A stretch of 64,000 nucleotides of DNA from Anaerolineaceae bacterium (GCA_016124855.1 WGMX01000003.1:19765-83764); one strand, 5' to 3'; positions 29,724 to 39,070 are shown, numbered from the stretch's first letter. A program made the numbers and translations. Notes: a model not told the origin generated them from the letters alone.

Positions 29724-30992
29724 ATGACGACCTCACAAAAAATCATTTTTCGCTTTTTTCAACAGACGGTGCTGCTGTTGATTCTGTATGTGATTGCCGC
29801 GCTGATGGCCGGAGTCAAATTCCTTGCAGCGGACGATCCATTGCTAACCGTGCTGCCTTATAACCAAGCGAATGCGCTGGCGAATGTGCTGCTCAACCTG
29901 ACCGTTCTCACCGGACTCATCGGCGGCGGGTTGTATATGGCGGCGCAGCGCCGAATCAATGAATCGCTGCTGCGTTTGACCAGCCTCCTGTGGACGGTCT
30001 TACTCATCCTCTCGGTGCTGGCAGGGTTATTCGGTTTGCTCGGCGGACGCAATTTGTTGGAAATACCACTCATACTTAACGGTCTGTTGATCATCAGCCT
30101 AGTATCGGTACTGCTGGCAATTACTCCTAGCATCCGAACGTCTCTGGTGCAGTTTTGGGCGCTAGGATTGGTGCTGGCGATCATTGCTATTCTGATCGGT
30201 CTGCTGCCAGCGGGCGATTATGTCCAAGATCGCGGTTTACGGGCGTTGGTGGTCGGATTACAAATGAACATCGCTTACCCGTTGATGGCGCTGACACTCG
30301 GTTACTGGCTGATGCATCGCTTCAGTGATCTAACACCGGCATGGTTGGACAACGACATTTATATCGCAGCAGGATTGGTTTTGCTGACGGGTATTTGTTT
30401 GACTTTCGCACGCGTGCAAATGGCGGCCGATTGGGTCATCAGTGTGGGCAATTTAGCAGGTGTGCTTGCACCGTTATTCTATCTGTTAGTCATCGCACGT
30501 TGTTATCCTGCCCTGACGCAGCGCAATGGAACCCATACTCTTGCGGCACATTGGTTCACGCTCAGTCTGCTTCTATTCTTTTTGGCATTTGGATTGGTGG
30601 CGGCAGTGCAGCTTGCACCAGCTATTCGACCGTATACACTGGGTACACGCTTGACTGATTTGCAAAGTACGCTGACTTTGTTGGCGGCGGTGGTCATGAG
30701 TTTGGGCGTGGTCAACCAAGCCGCAGCCGAACTGCGCGGACAAAATTGGCGCGTCACCGGATTAACACCGTTTTGGTTAGTATCCGTCGGCATCCTCGGC
30801 GGTGGGCTGGCGCTGGCAGGTGCAGGCGTGGTACAGGTTTACCTCGAACGGTTGTTGAGTCTTGGTTATCTCGATACGCAAGCACTTTTAGTGCCGCTGT
30901 ACATTGGTTGGGTAATGGGATTGATCGTCATTCTGCTGGGCATCATCTTGTATGCGCTGGGTTTCTGGTCACACCGACCACACCGAAGTTAG
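29724..30992 (+). CDS. NorB-homologous (heme-copper oxidase subunit I fold) polytopic membrane protein lacking metal ligands
   Basis: About 12 hydrophobic segments; collinear NorB landmarks SQK, LPYN, GRNLLEIP, YTLGTRLT, AGVVQVYLER, YLDTQ; no His at canonical positions. Confidence 0.75.
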   Translation: MTTSQKIIFRFFQQTVLLLILYVIAALMAGVKFLAADDPLLTVLPYNQANALANVLLNLTVLTGLIGGGLYMAAQRRINESLLRLTSLLWTVLLILSVLAGLFGLLGGRNLLEIPLILNGLLIISLVSVLLAITPSIRTSLVQFWALGLVLAIIAILIGLLPAGDYVQDRGLRALVVGLQMNIAYPLMALTLGYWLMHRFSDLTPAWLDNDIYIAAGLVLLTGICLTFARVQMAADWVISVGNLAGVLAPLFYLLVIARCYPALTQRNGTHTLAAHWFTLSLLLFFLAFGLVAAVQLAPAIRPYTLGTRLTDLQSTLTLLAAVVMSLGVVNQAAAELRGQNWRVTGLTPFWLVSVGILGGGLALAGAGVVQVYLERLLSLGYLDTQALLVPLYIGWVMGLIVILLGIILYALGFWSHRPHRS

Positions 30993-31185
30993 CGATATTT
31001 AAATGGGCGAATACCGCATTCGCCCTTACCTAAATCTCTCCATTATCAAAATTAAATATCGAATTTAGCAACACCTAAGACTTTCGTCTGACGAAAATCA
31101 GTACTTCCGCTCATTCGCATCAGAATGGGTTAGGCGTATATTGATCGTAGGTTACAAAAGGTCAAAATCGTCCTAAGCTAGTAGA

Positions 31186-31202
31186 TGTAACAGAAATGTA
31201 AC
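31186..31202 (+). promoter_or_regulatory. TGTAAC-N5-TGTAAC direct repeat (OmpR/PhoB-type, WalR-box-like)
   Basis: tgtaacagaaatgtaac about 55 nt upstream of the LysM gene start. Confidence 0.55.
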
Positions 31203-31256
31203 AGCGCAATTTTAATCGTAAGAGCTGTTCACATCGTTTGAGTTCGGGGGAACATC

Positions 31257-32429
31257 ATGAAAATTCAATTATCTGTTTTAACTCGCCGTTGGATACTAGG
31301 TATTCTGGCGGTCTTGTTGGCACTGCCCGTGGCATTTAGTCCACTCGGGGCACAGGTCACCGCGGCACAAGGCTGTATCGTACGGACAGACTGGCCCATT
31401 TACGTCATTGTCCGTGGCGATACGTTGAATAAGATTGCTCAACGTTATGGCACCACCGCTGGCGTGTTAGCAAGCGCCAACTGCTTGGCCAACATCAACA
31501 CCATTTATGCCGGTCAGCAGCTGCGTGTGCCACCTGCCCCCATCGTGCTGACACCCGTCCCACAGCAGCCACCGCCTGCATCAAGTTTTAACGTGCGCAT
31601 CCAATTCCAGCGCTTTGACAATGGTTTCATGTTTTGGCGTGCCGATAACGGTGAAATCTCAGTGTACATCGGTCAATCCTATGGCACGACCGTAGCCTAT
31701 CCATCGTATACTTACGGCTTGCTGCCGGATAATCCGGTCAATGAGGCAACCCCTTACGGACATTACCGTCCAGCATTCGGCATCGGCAAGGTGTGGGGTA
31801 ACTTCTTCAGCGTTCGCAATGGACTGGGCTGGGCGACGACTCCAGAAGTCAGTTTCGTGACAAGCGTCACCCGTACTGGAAACGGATATTTCAACTTCGT
31901 TTTACCGGATGGTCGTATCGTCTATGTGAACCCCAATCGCACATGGACAACCAGTGGTTCACCCGTACCTTATCCAACGGCTGTTCCGCCTTCACCAACA
32001 CCCGGCCCATCATCGACGACCACCAACGCCAGTTACCAACCGTATGACGGCGGCTTCATGATCTGGGAAGCCCGTACAGGAAATGTGGTAGTGTTCTACA
32101 ACAATGGTTCGGCGTTGAATGCGACTTACACCGTTTACGCAGCATCAACCTACTCACGTCTGCCCGATAATCCGGTGCTCGACCCTGTTCCTGATGGGCG
32201 TGTACGTCCGGCGTTTGGCATCGGCAAGGTCTGGGGTAACTACTTTGAAGTGCGCAGCAATCTCGGTTGGGCGCTGACACCCGAACAAGGTTTCGTCGCC
32301 ACCTTCATCAGCCACTCAACCAGTACGCAGTCCGAAACCTGCTTCGTACTCCCTGATGGCCGTGCAATCAACTATGTCCGCCTCAACAACGGCGTGCGCT
32401 ACTGGTTGTTCACGCAGGTCTGCGAGTAA
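31257..32429 (+). CDS. Exported LysM protein with two internal repeats
   Basis: Signal peptide; LysM YVIVRGDTLNKIAQRYG...IYAGQQLRVP; two copies of GFMxW...LPDNPV...RPAFGIGKVWGN...LGWA..PE...FVLPDGR. Confidence 0.88.
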   Translation: MKIQLSVLTRRWILGILAVLLALPVAFSPLGAQVTAAQGCIVRTDWPIYVIVRGDTLNKIAQRYGTTAGVLASANCLANINTIYAGQQLRVPPAPIVLTPVPQQPPPASSFNVRIQFQRFDNGFMFWRADNGEISVYIGQSYGTTVAYPSYTYGLLPDNPVNEATPYGHYRPAFGIGKVWGNFFSVRNGLGWATTPEVSFVTSVTRTGNGYFNFVLPDGRIVYVNPNRTWTTSGSPVPYPTAVPPSPTPGPSSTTTNASYQPYDGGFMIWEARTGNVVVFYNNGSALNATYTVYAASTYSRLPDNPVLDPVPDGRVRPAFGIGKVWGNYFEVRSNLGWALTPEQGFVATFISHSTSTQSETCFVLPDGRAINYVRLNNGVRYWLFTQVCE

Positions 32430-32449
32430 GGCATTTCAGCAGTCAAACG

Positions 32450-32483
32450 AAAAAGACTCCGTCTTTAAAGACGGAGTCTTTTT
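32450..32483. terminator. Bidirectional terminator (perfect 34-bp palindrome)
   Basis: aaaaagactccgtctttaaagacggagtcttttt equals its own reverse complement; lies between convergent genes. Confidence 0.85.
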
Positions 32484-32512
32484 TGTTGTCAGTTACGAGG
32501 CAGATATAAATA

Positions 32513-33730
32513 TTAGTTCAGCGGAACAAAGATGTACTCAACTGATCCCCACAGAATTTCATCCGCTGCAAATCCCAGTGCATGACTTTCCTTACCATCA
32601 AAGACAAAAATGTCGCGAGGTTCCCCGATTTTTTTACGCGCTCCCAGATAAGCGATCGATTGACCATCGGGAGCGATAGCACTATCAGAAATAAACAACT
32701 CATTATCGAGTGTTATCAATTGCTTCCCGTTACTGTCAGCAATCACCCACGGAATATCACCCACCAACACGCTATTGAGGACAATACGTAGTGATGATTC
32801 GGGAACTTTCCGACTAACTGTATTCACCTTAAAATCAGCCGAGACGGCTTGGCTTTCGCCATTGAGTAAATCGAGTACATTTGGTTGAAGACTGTTAGCA
32901 GGAAAGCTAAAGTATCCAAATTTGTAGCGGTCACTGATATGGATAGGGTTGTAATCAAACATCCACGCATTCACATCTTGGGAACCCTTCAACTTAAAAA
33001 CGAAGGTATAGGTGACCTTATTGTTCTCTCCAAATAAGGTAAAACGCATATTCCCGTTATGGTCAAGCGCTGTGACTGAAGCAACCCCGCCCTTTACTGG
33101 ATAAAGACCAATGAGGAGGTTATCGGCTGTGAGCGGTGATGGCAGCAAATCAGCCACCCGTTGATCCTCAGCAGTCTCAAGATTGTAAGCGTGTAAAGTA
33201 CGGCTCAGAGGATGATCGTTCAGTGAGCGCAATTCAGCCACGAAGTATAGGCGCGAACCATCTTGTGACCACTTAAGTTTACTGTAGTTGCGAACAACGC
33301 CGGAGGAGACTTCGTCCGCAAATCTAGCACTTTGATTGGTCACATTAATGCGTTCGCCGGTTGCAATATTAACGATATAAACATCATTCGGATTGCGCTG
33401 CGCCAGAGGTTTCACTTGTTCCGAATAGGTTGAATCAAGAATGTCGCTAAGACCAGCGGTATAGGCAAGGTACGTGTTATCCGGTGACACATCCTCCAAG
33501 CTGATTCCAACACCTGAGTAATTTTTCTTGAGAACTTGGCTTAATTCCGTAGATACTTCGTCCAGCATATTCGATTCACCTGTATCGGCTGAAACTGCAT
33601 AAATACTCCTGCCCACACGGGCGATAATCGGTGTACCAATATTGACTGGTCGATTGGCTTGTGCCGCGTTCACAAACCCCAAGCTCACAAACATAACAGT
33701 CAGCAGATATAAGCAGTTACGAATAATCAT
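32513..33730 (-). CDS. Hypothetical exported protein, probable beta-propeller (TolB-like)
   Basis: Signal peptide; SPDNTYLAY, WSQDGSRLYF and APDGQSIAY blade motifs. Confidence 0.6.
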   Translation of the reverse strand: MIIRNCLYLLTVMFVSLGFVNAAQANRPVNIGTPIIARVGRSIYAVSADTGESNMLDEVSTELSQVLKKNYSGVGISLEDVSPDNTYLAYTAGLSDILDSTYSEQVKPLAQRNPNDVYIVNIATGERINVTNQSARFADEVSSGVVRNYSKLKWSQDGSRLYFVAELRSLNDHPLSRTLHAYNLETAEDQRVADLLPSPLTADNLLIGLYPVKGGVASVTALDHNGNMRFTLFGENNKVTYTFVFKLKGSQDVNAWMFDYNPIHISDRYKFGYFSFPANSLQPNVLDLLNGESQAVSADFKVNTVSRKVPESSLRIVLNSVLVGDIPWVIADSNGKQLITLDNELFISDSAIAPDGQSIAYLGARKKIGEPRDIFVFDGKESHALGFAADEILWGSVEYIFVPLN

Positions 33731-33996
33731 GGTAATCCTTTAGGCATATTAGTCTGGTAATGTGCTCAACAGTATATGAATCAAACGGAAGGGCTTACAT
33801 CAGTCAAAAGATGTAGAGGAAACAGCGAAAAGATGGATAGGTCGCAGGCAATACTAGATTCAAGAAAGCGAATCTCACTTCTCGGTGGATTTCAGTCATG
33901 AGTACATCGCATTCATTTTAGAATTGCTTTTGGGCTGACGGTCAATTTACGCTAAAATACGTTGTCTATTCAAAATTACTCCTTTATGGACAGCAT

Positions 33997-36294
33997 ATGA
34001 CCACACAGCCTGCCCAAATGCCCTCGATTCCGGTTGAGACTGCACAACCTTTTAAAGTCACGCGCAAACGTCGTTGGTGGCGTTGGGTAGTCGGCATCCC
34101 GCTGCTCTTGTTGGGTGCGCTGCTGATCGCGCTGGCTTATCTCCCCGTGCCAGAAGATAAACCGTTGCCCCTTGCCCAACAAGGTGGCGGTGCGCGGCAA
34201 GAAGGCGGTGCAATCAATGGTTTGCAAGCTGCTTGGCCGGAAGTGGCTGCCCCTGATCCGCAGCAGGCCGCATTAGGAAAACTGCTCTTTTATGATCCGA
34301 TCCTTTCAGCCAATGATGATTTGTCATGTGCAAGCTGCCATCATCCTGATATGGGCTTTAGCGATGGTAAGCCAGTTTCGGTCGGCGCCCATGGCGAGGA
34401 CTTAAGGCGTAACGCCCCTTCGTTGTGGGACGTGGCTTACGCCACCAGTTTGTTCTGGGATGGACGCGCCAAAACACTGGAAGAACAAATGCTGACTCCA
34501 CTGACCAGCGAAACCGAGATGGCAGCCAAACCCGACGAATTGCTGTCTCAGCTTGCCAGTATTCCCGCTTATCAACAGGCGTTTAGTGCGGCTTTTGCAG
34601 ATGGGCTGACGCTCAAAAATGTAGGCACAGCCATTGCCTCATTCGAGCGCACATTGATCAGCCACAATTCACCATTTGATCGTTATGCGGCGGGTGATTT
34701 CAATGCGCTGACTCCGGCGCAGCGGCGCGGTTTTAATGTATTCCGCAGCGCCCAAACCCGCTGCTTCGAATGTCACACGTGGCCTACATTCAGCAATTAC
34801 ACCTTCAATGTGTTGGGTGTGCCGGATACCAATCCACTCAAGCCCGATTTAGGACAGGTCGAAATCGTCAACGGGCCGGATTCGACGCGTGCCTTCCGCA
34901 CACCCGGACTGCGGAATGTCGCCTTAACCGCGCCATATATGCATAACGGAGTCTTCGCCACGCTCGATGAAGTCGTTGATTTTTACGCTAAAGGTGGTGG
35001 GCCAGCCTTTGGAGTCAAGGTCGCGCCGGATGAATTCTTGCAGGGCTTCACCATCAGCGACCAACAAAAAAGTGATTTGATCGCCTTCCTCTATGCCTTG
35101 ACCGACGAACCAAGTGATCTGATTTCGATACCAACGGCTGTACCTTCGGGGCTGCCGGTTGTCCAGCATATCGACAACCCTGCCCGTGAGTTGGTGGAAC
35201 ATTCAGATGTCCCGCCAAATGCTGCGGTAGTCGCCCGTGAACCGCAGATTATCACCGTTCACGTTGGTGAAACCATCCAATCGGGTGTTGATCAAGCTCA
35301 ACCCGGTGATACGGTGATGGTCGAACCGGGGGTCTATCACGAAACCGTGTACGTCGATGTGCCGAAGATCACCATTAAAGGCATCATCAACGGCGATGAC
35401 CGTCCGTGGTTGGACGGCGAGAAGAAACTCAGCGATGGCTTTAACACCACCGGTGATGACTTTACGTTGGAGAATTTTGGCGTACGCAATTACATCGGTA
35501 ATGGTGTGTTGACGACCCGAACCGAACGCGTAGTGTACCGTAACAATATTATTCAAGATACCGGCCTATATGGTTTGTATCCGGTGGAAAGTACCGATGT
35601 GCTGGTTGAGGGTAATGTCGTTAGTGGGATTGCTGACGCAGCGATTTATGTCGGGCAAAGTCGTGGGCCGATTATCGTACGAAACAATGAGGTTTTCAAC
35701 AACGTCACCGGCATTGAAATTGAAAACAGCACCAACGCCGAGGTTTACGAAAACTATGCCCACGATAACAGCGGCGGCATCCTCGTCTTCCTACTGCCCA
35801 ATAATCCCTCGAAGGTCGGTTATAACACGCGGGTTTATAACAACCGCATCGAGAACAATAACCACGTCAACTTCGGCAAACCGAATTCAACCGTCGCCAA
35901 AGTGCCGCAGGGTACAGGCATCATGATTATGACCGCCGACAATACCGAGGTATTCAACAATACCATCAAGGGTAACCAGAGCTTCGGCGTCGCATTGACC
36001 AGTTTGTATACCCTTTATACCCGTGACACGGTGTTTGATCTGGGCGCAATCCCCGAAAACAACTGGATACACGACAACACCTTCGAGCATAACGGCTATG
36101 ACGCACAAGGTATGGTCAAGGAACTTGGCTTGGATGGCGCGGATTTGATGTGGACAGGCGAAGGTTGGAACAATGCGTGGGACGAACCAAATGCCACCAA
36201 ATTCCCGCCGCTGCTGCCGGGGCGCAATTGGGCTGATCCTGCCAAGCGCCTGATCTGGCACGTCTACGATATTGTGATCGGAGCGCTGCTGTAG
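33997..36294 (+). CDS. Diheme cytochrome c peroxidase/MauG-family domain fused to a parallel beta-helix domain
   Basis: N-terminal TM; LGKLLFYDPILS, CASCH, RNAPSL, FWDGRA, CFECH, LRNVALTAPYMHNG; C-terminal beta-helix (YGLYPVES, DAAIYVGQS, NVTGIEIENS). Confidence 0.88.
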   Translation: MTTQPAQMPSIPVETAQPFKVTRKRRWWRWVVGIPLLLLGALLIALAYLPVPEDKPLPLAQQGGGARQEGGAINGLQAAWPEVAAPDPQQAALGKLLFYDPILSANDDLSCASCHHPDMGFSDGKPVSVGAHGEDLRRNAPSLWDVAYATSLFWDGRAKTLEEQMLTPLTSETEMAAKPDELLSQLASIPAYQQAFSAAFADGLTLKNVGTAIASFERTLISHNSPFDRYAAGDFNALTPAQRRGFNVFRSAQTRCFECHTWPTFSNYTFNVLGVPDTNPLKPDLGQVEIVNGPDSTRAFRTPGLRNVALTAPYMHNGVFATLDEVVDFYAKGGGPAFGVKVAPDEFLQGFTISDQQKSDLIAFLYALTDEPSDLISIPTAVPSGLPVVQHIDNPARELVEHSDVPPNAAVVAREPQIITVHVGETIQSGVDQAQPGDTVMVEPGVYHETVYVDVPKITIKGIINGDDRPWLDGEKKLSDGFNTTGDDFTLENFGVRNYIGNGVLTTRTERVVYRNNIIQDTGLYGLYPVESTDVLVEGNVVSGIADAAIYVGQSRGPIIVRNNEVFNNVTGIEIENSTNAEVYENYAHDNSGGILVFLLPNNPSKVGYNTRVYNNRIENNNHVNFGKPNSTVAKVPQGTGIMIMTADNTEVFNNTIKGNQSFGVALTSLYTLYTRDTVFDLGAIPENNWIHDNTFEHNGYDAQGMVKELGLDGADLMWTGEGWNNAWDEPNATKFPPLLPGRNWADPAKRLIWHVYDIVIGALL

Positions 36295-36319
36295 TCGTTA
36301 GCATATAGTCCATAGATTA

Positions 36320-36344
36320 AGGGTGAAGTGATGAGCTTCACCCT
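36320..36344 (+). terminator. Hairpin downstream of the peroxidase fusion gene
   Basis: agggtgaag / cttcaccct stem. Confidence 0.55.
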
Positions 36345-36465
36345 AAATTTAATTAACCCCTCATCCTTGCCACATTAATGATGCTTCCTTTTTGAGCCAA
36401 CCTCCATACAATAACCGGACGTTGAAACGCGTTCATCCAATGAACAGAAAAAGAGAAAGATTCAC

Positions 36466-37233
36466 ATGAAAAATCGTTTTGTTCCTATTTTGGTGTTGGC
36501 AGGTGTCATGATTGCAGCCGCCGCTTGCAGTCCTGCCGCCAGTACACCCGCTGCCCAATCGTCCACCGATAGTACGCCGACAGCCGAATCGCTTGGCGCT
36601 CCTGCGGCAGCATCCGCTGGCACAGGCGGAATCGCCCAGCAGTCGGTTGCCACTTGTAAAGATGTGACTGACCCCAATATCACCATGCCCGCCAACAGCA
36701 GTCAGCAGCAGTTCACTGCGCCGGAACAGGTGATTGATAATGGTCATACCTACTGCGCCATTTTCATCGTTGAACATGGACGCTTTATCGTTCAGCTCTA
36801 TCCACAAAATGCACCCAAGAACGTCAACAACTTTGTGTTTTTGGCTTCCAAGGGTTTCTATGATGGCATTGGCTTCCATCGGGTGATCTCCGGCTTCATG
36901 GCACAAACCGGTGATCCGACCGGAACCGGTGCAGGTGGCCCCGGCTACGACAATATTCCGTTGGAAGCCAGCGGCTCGATGAAGTACGACAAGCCCGGTG
37001 TGATCGGCGTCGCCCGTACCAACGATCCCAACTCGGCGGGCAGCCAATTCTTCATCACCTTCCAGCCGACTTCATTCCTCGACAACCAGTACACCATCAT
37101 CGGTGAGGTGATTGCAGGCATGGATGTCGTCAACCAGATCAAGATTCGCAACGTCGATCAAGACCCCAATGCCGGTTCAATTACCCCGGAAAAATTGATC
37201 AGCGTCCGCGTAGTAGACATCGGCGCGAAATAG
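36466..37233 (+). CDS. Cyclophilin-type peptidyl-prolyl isomerase, lipoprotein
   Basis: Lipobox AAAC; FHRVISGFMAQTGDPTGTGAGGPGY, SAGSQFFIT. Confidence 0.93.
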   Translation: MKNRFVPILVLAGVMIAAAACSPAASTPAAQSSTDSTPTAESLGAPAAASAGTGGIAQQSVATCKDVTDPNITMPANSSQQQFTAPEQVIDNGHTYCAIFIVEHGRFIVQLYPQNAPKNVNNFVFLASKGFYDGIGFHRVISGFMAQTGDPTGTGAGGPGYDNIPLEASGSMKYDKPGVIGVARTNDPNSAGSQFFITFQPTSFLDNQYTIIGEVIAGMDVVNQIKIRNVDQDPNAGSITPEKLISVRVVDIGAK

Positions 37234-37270
37234 TTTTTAGCTAGTTCGTCCAACGTCTAAAGAATGAAAC

Positions 37271-37303
37271 AGGGTGAAGCTGTTATGGCTCACCCTTTTT
37301 ATT
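37271..37303 (+). terminator. Rho-independent terminator
   Basis: agggtgaagc...gctcaccct followed by a T-run. Confidence 0.7.
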
Positions 37304-37563
37304 TACAAAATTGCTGCTGAAAAACAGGGTCAAACTGTCTGCGGCCAGTCCATTTTGTCTAAGATCGTCTTAATTACCCATACAATATGCTGAAAAATTT
37401 ATACAAAACTCACAAAATTGTATATTCATTGGCCACTCATACCCCCACATCAATAAACTTGACAAAATATTGATTGTAAATTTGAGGGTAAATGATGAAG
37501 TTTGAGCATTCCTCTTTTGTATACTTTTGTCACGGTTTTTAGATTTTCTACATGGAGGAAAAA

Positions 37564-39033
37564 ATGCGACAGAATACGCGCCGCCTGTGGCGACGGCTGA
37601 TTGCGATGGCAATTGGCACACTGATACTAATGATGTTCAGTACCCATTTTACAATTGCACAAGATGCAACCCCGGTTCCTACAGAAGTACCGCAAACCAC
37701 AACAACTGAAGCCTCAACAACCACCGAAGCCGCCGCTGAACCCACCACTGAAGCCCCAGCAGCAGAAAGTGCACAGGTATCGATCGATGCAGCCTTTGTA
37801 TTTATAACGGCCTGTCTCGTTTTCTTTATGCAGGCGGGCTTTGCTTTCCTCGAAGCGGGTATGCTGCGGCAAACCGGCGTCGTCAACTCAATGATCGAAA
37901 ACTTTATGGATGCTGCTTTTGGCGGCATAGCCTTCTTCATCACCGGATTTGCGCTGGCCTTCGGCGCGGATAATGGGAGCGGCCTCTTTGGGACAACCAA
38001 CTTCTTCTTGAGCGAAGCGCTCCATTTCACAAATGGCACAGTCGTCTATGGCGGAGAAGGTATTTCCATCTTTATCCTGTTCTTTTTTCAGTTTGCCTTT
38101 GCGGCAACCGCTGGAACTATCGCGACGGGCGCGATGGCGGAGCGCACCAATTTTGTTGGCAAAATCATTTACTCGATTTTCATCGCGGCTTTCAGTTACC
38201 CAATTGTCATCCACTGGGTATGGGGTGGTGGTTGGTTAGCCCAGCGCGGTTTCCTCGATTTCGCGGGCAGCACTGCCGTACATCTGGCGGGCGGTATGCT
38301 TGCCCTTGTTGGCGCAATCATCTTAGGGCCGCGTATCGGACGTGTGTGGGGAAGCCCACCCAAACCGCATAATTTGCCCTTCGCGGCCCTCGGAACCATG
38401 ATTCTGTGGCTGGGATGGTACGGGTTCAACCCCGGTTCTGCCCTCAGCATCAGCAACAATGGATTTGTCGGCTTGGTCACCGTGAATACCACCCTCGCTG
38501 CCTGTGTCGGCGCGTTTGTTGCCGTTTTATTTGTCTACTCGCGCACTGGCAAGTGGGATCTTCCGGCGGCGTTGAACGGCTGCCTTGCCGGTCTGGTTGC
38601 CATTACCGCGGGTTGTGCTTTTGTGGCACCTTGGGCATCCCTTGTCATTGGCGGTATCGCCGGCATTTTGGTGATTCTGTCAGCGGATCTGTTCGAGAAG
38701 ATCAAAATTGATGATCCCGCCGGAGCGTTTCATGTACACGGAACCTGCGGTATCTTCGGAACATTGGCGATTGGTTTCCTCGGTCAGCCTGAATTGGGCG
38801 CAAACGGATTACTTCTCGGTGGCGGCATTGACCAGCTCATTAACCAGATCATTGGTGTGGTCGCGGTCATTGTCTGGATGGGCGGGACATCCTTGGTCCT
38901 GTTCTTTATTCTCCGCGCGCTGAATATCTTACGCATCTCCAATCACGGTGAGACGATGGGTATCGACGCTTACGAGCACGGCGCATCTGCCTACCCGGAC
39001 ATTGTGCCGGTTCCCAGCGGCAGCGGCGACTAA
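37564..39033 (+). CDS. amt: Ammonium transporter (Amt family) with signal peptide and Thr/Glu/Ala-rich N-terminal linker
   Basis: FFMQAGFAFLEAG, GAMAER, DFAGSTAVH, GWYGFNPGS, DDP...VHG (twin His intact). Confidence 0.94.
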   Translation: MRQNTRRLWRRLIAMAIGTLILMMFSTHFTIAQDATPVPTEVPQTTTTEASTTTEAAAEPTTEAPAAESAQVSIDAAFVFITACLVFFMQAGFAFLEAGMLRQTGVVNSMIENFMDAAFGGIAFFITGFALAFGADNGSGLFGTTNFFLSEALHFTNGTVVYGGEGISIFILFFFQFAFAATAGTIATGAMAERTNFVGKIIYSIFIAAFSYPIVIHWVWGGGWLAQRGFLDFAGSTAVHLAGGMLALVGAIILGPRIGRVWGSPPKPHNLPFAALGTMILWLGWYGFNPGSALSISNNGFVGLVTVNTTLAACVGAFVAVLFVYSRTGKWDLPAALNGCLAGLVAITAGCAFVAPWASLVIGGIAGILVILSADLFEKIKIDDPAGAFHVHGTCGIFGTLAIGFLGQPELGANGLLLGGGIDQLINQIIGVVAVIVWMGGTSLVLFFILRALNILRISNHGETMGIDAYEHGASAYPDIVPVPSGSGD

Positions 39034-39070
39034 GCCATCCCTTTCGTTACCACCACTGCCTTTTTGAGCG

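Noticed and set aside
29724-30992. Calling this a functional norB or cytochrome oxidase subunit I
   Set aside because: All canonical His and Glu ligands are missing. It is not called a pseudogene either, because the frame is intact and full length.
32450-32483. Perfect palindrome as a recombination site or assembly artefact
   Set aside because: A/T tails on both sides between convergent genes fit a bidirectional terminator.
36433-37047. 204-aa antisense ORF, and other nested ORFs such as 3749-4249, 11059-11622 and 37548-38039
   Set aside because: They overlap well-supported genes on the opposite strand and have no motifs of their own.
36320-37300. Similar agggtgaag hairpins flanking the cyclophilin gene as mobile-element ends
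   Set aside because: Short, and adequately explained as terminators of two consecutive genes.
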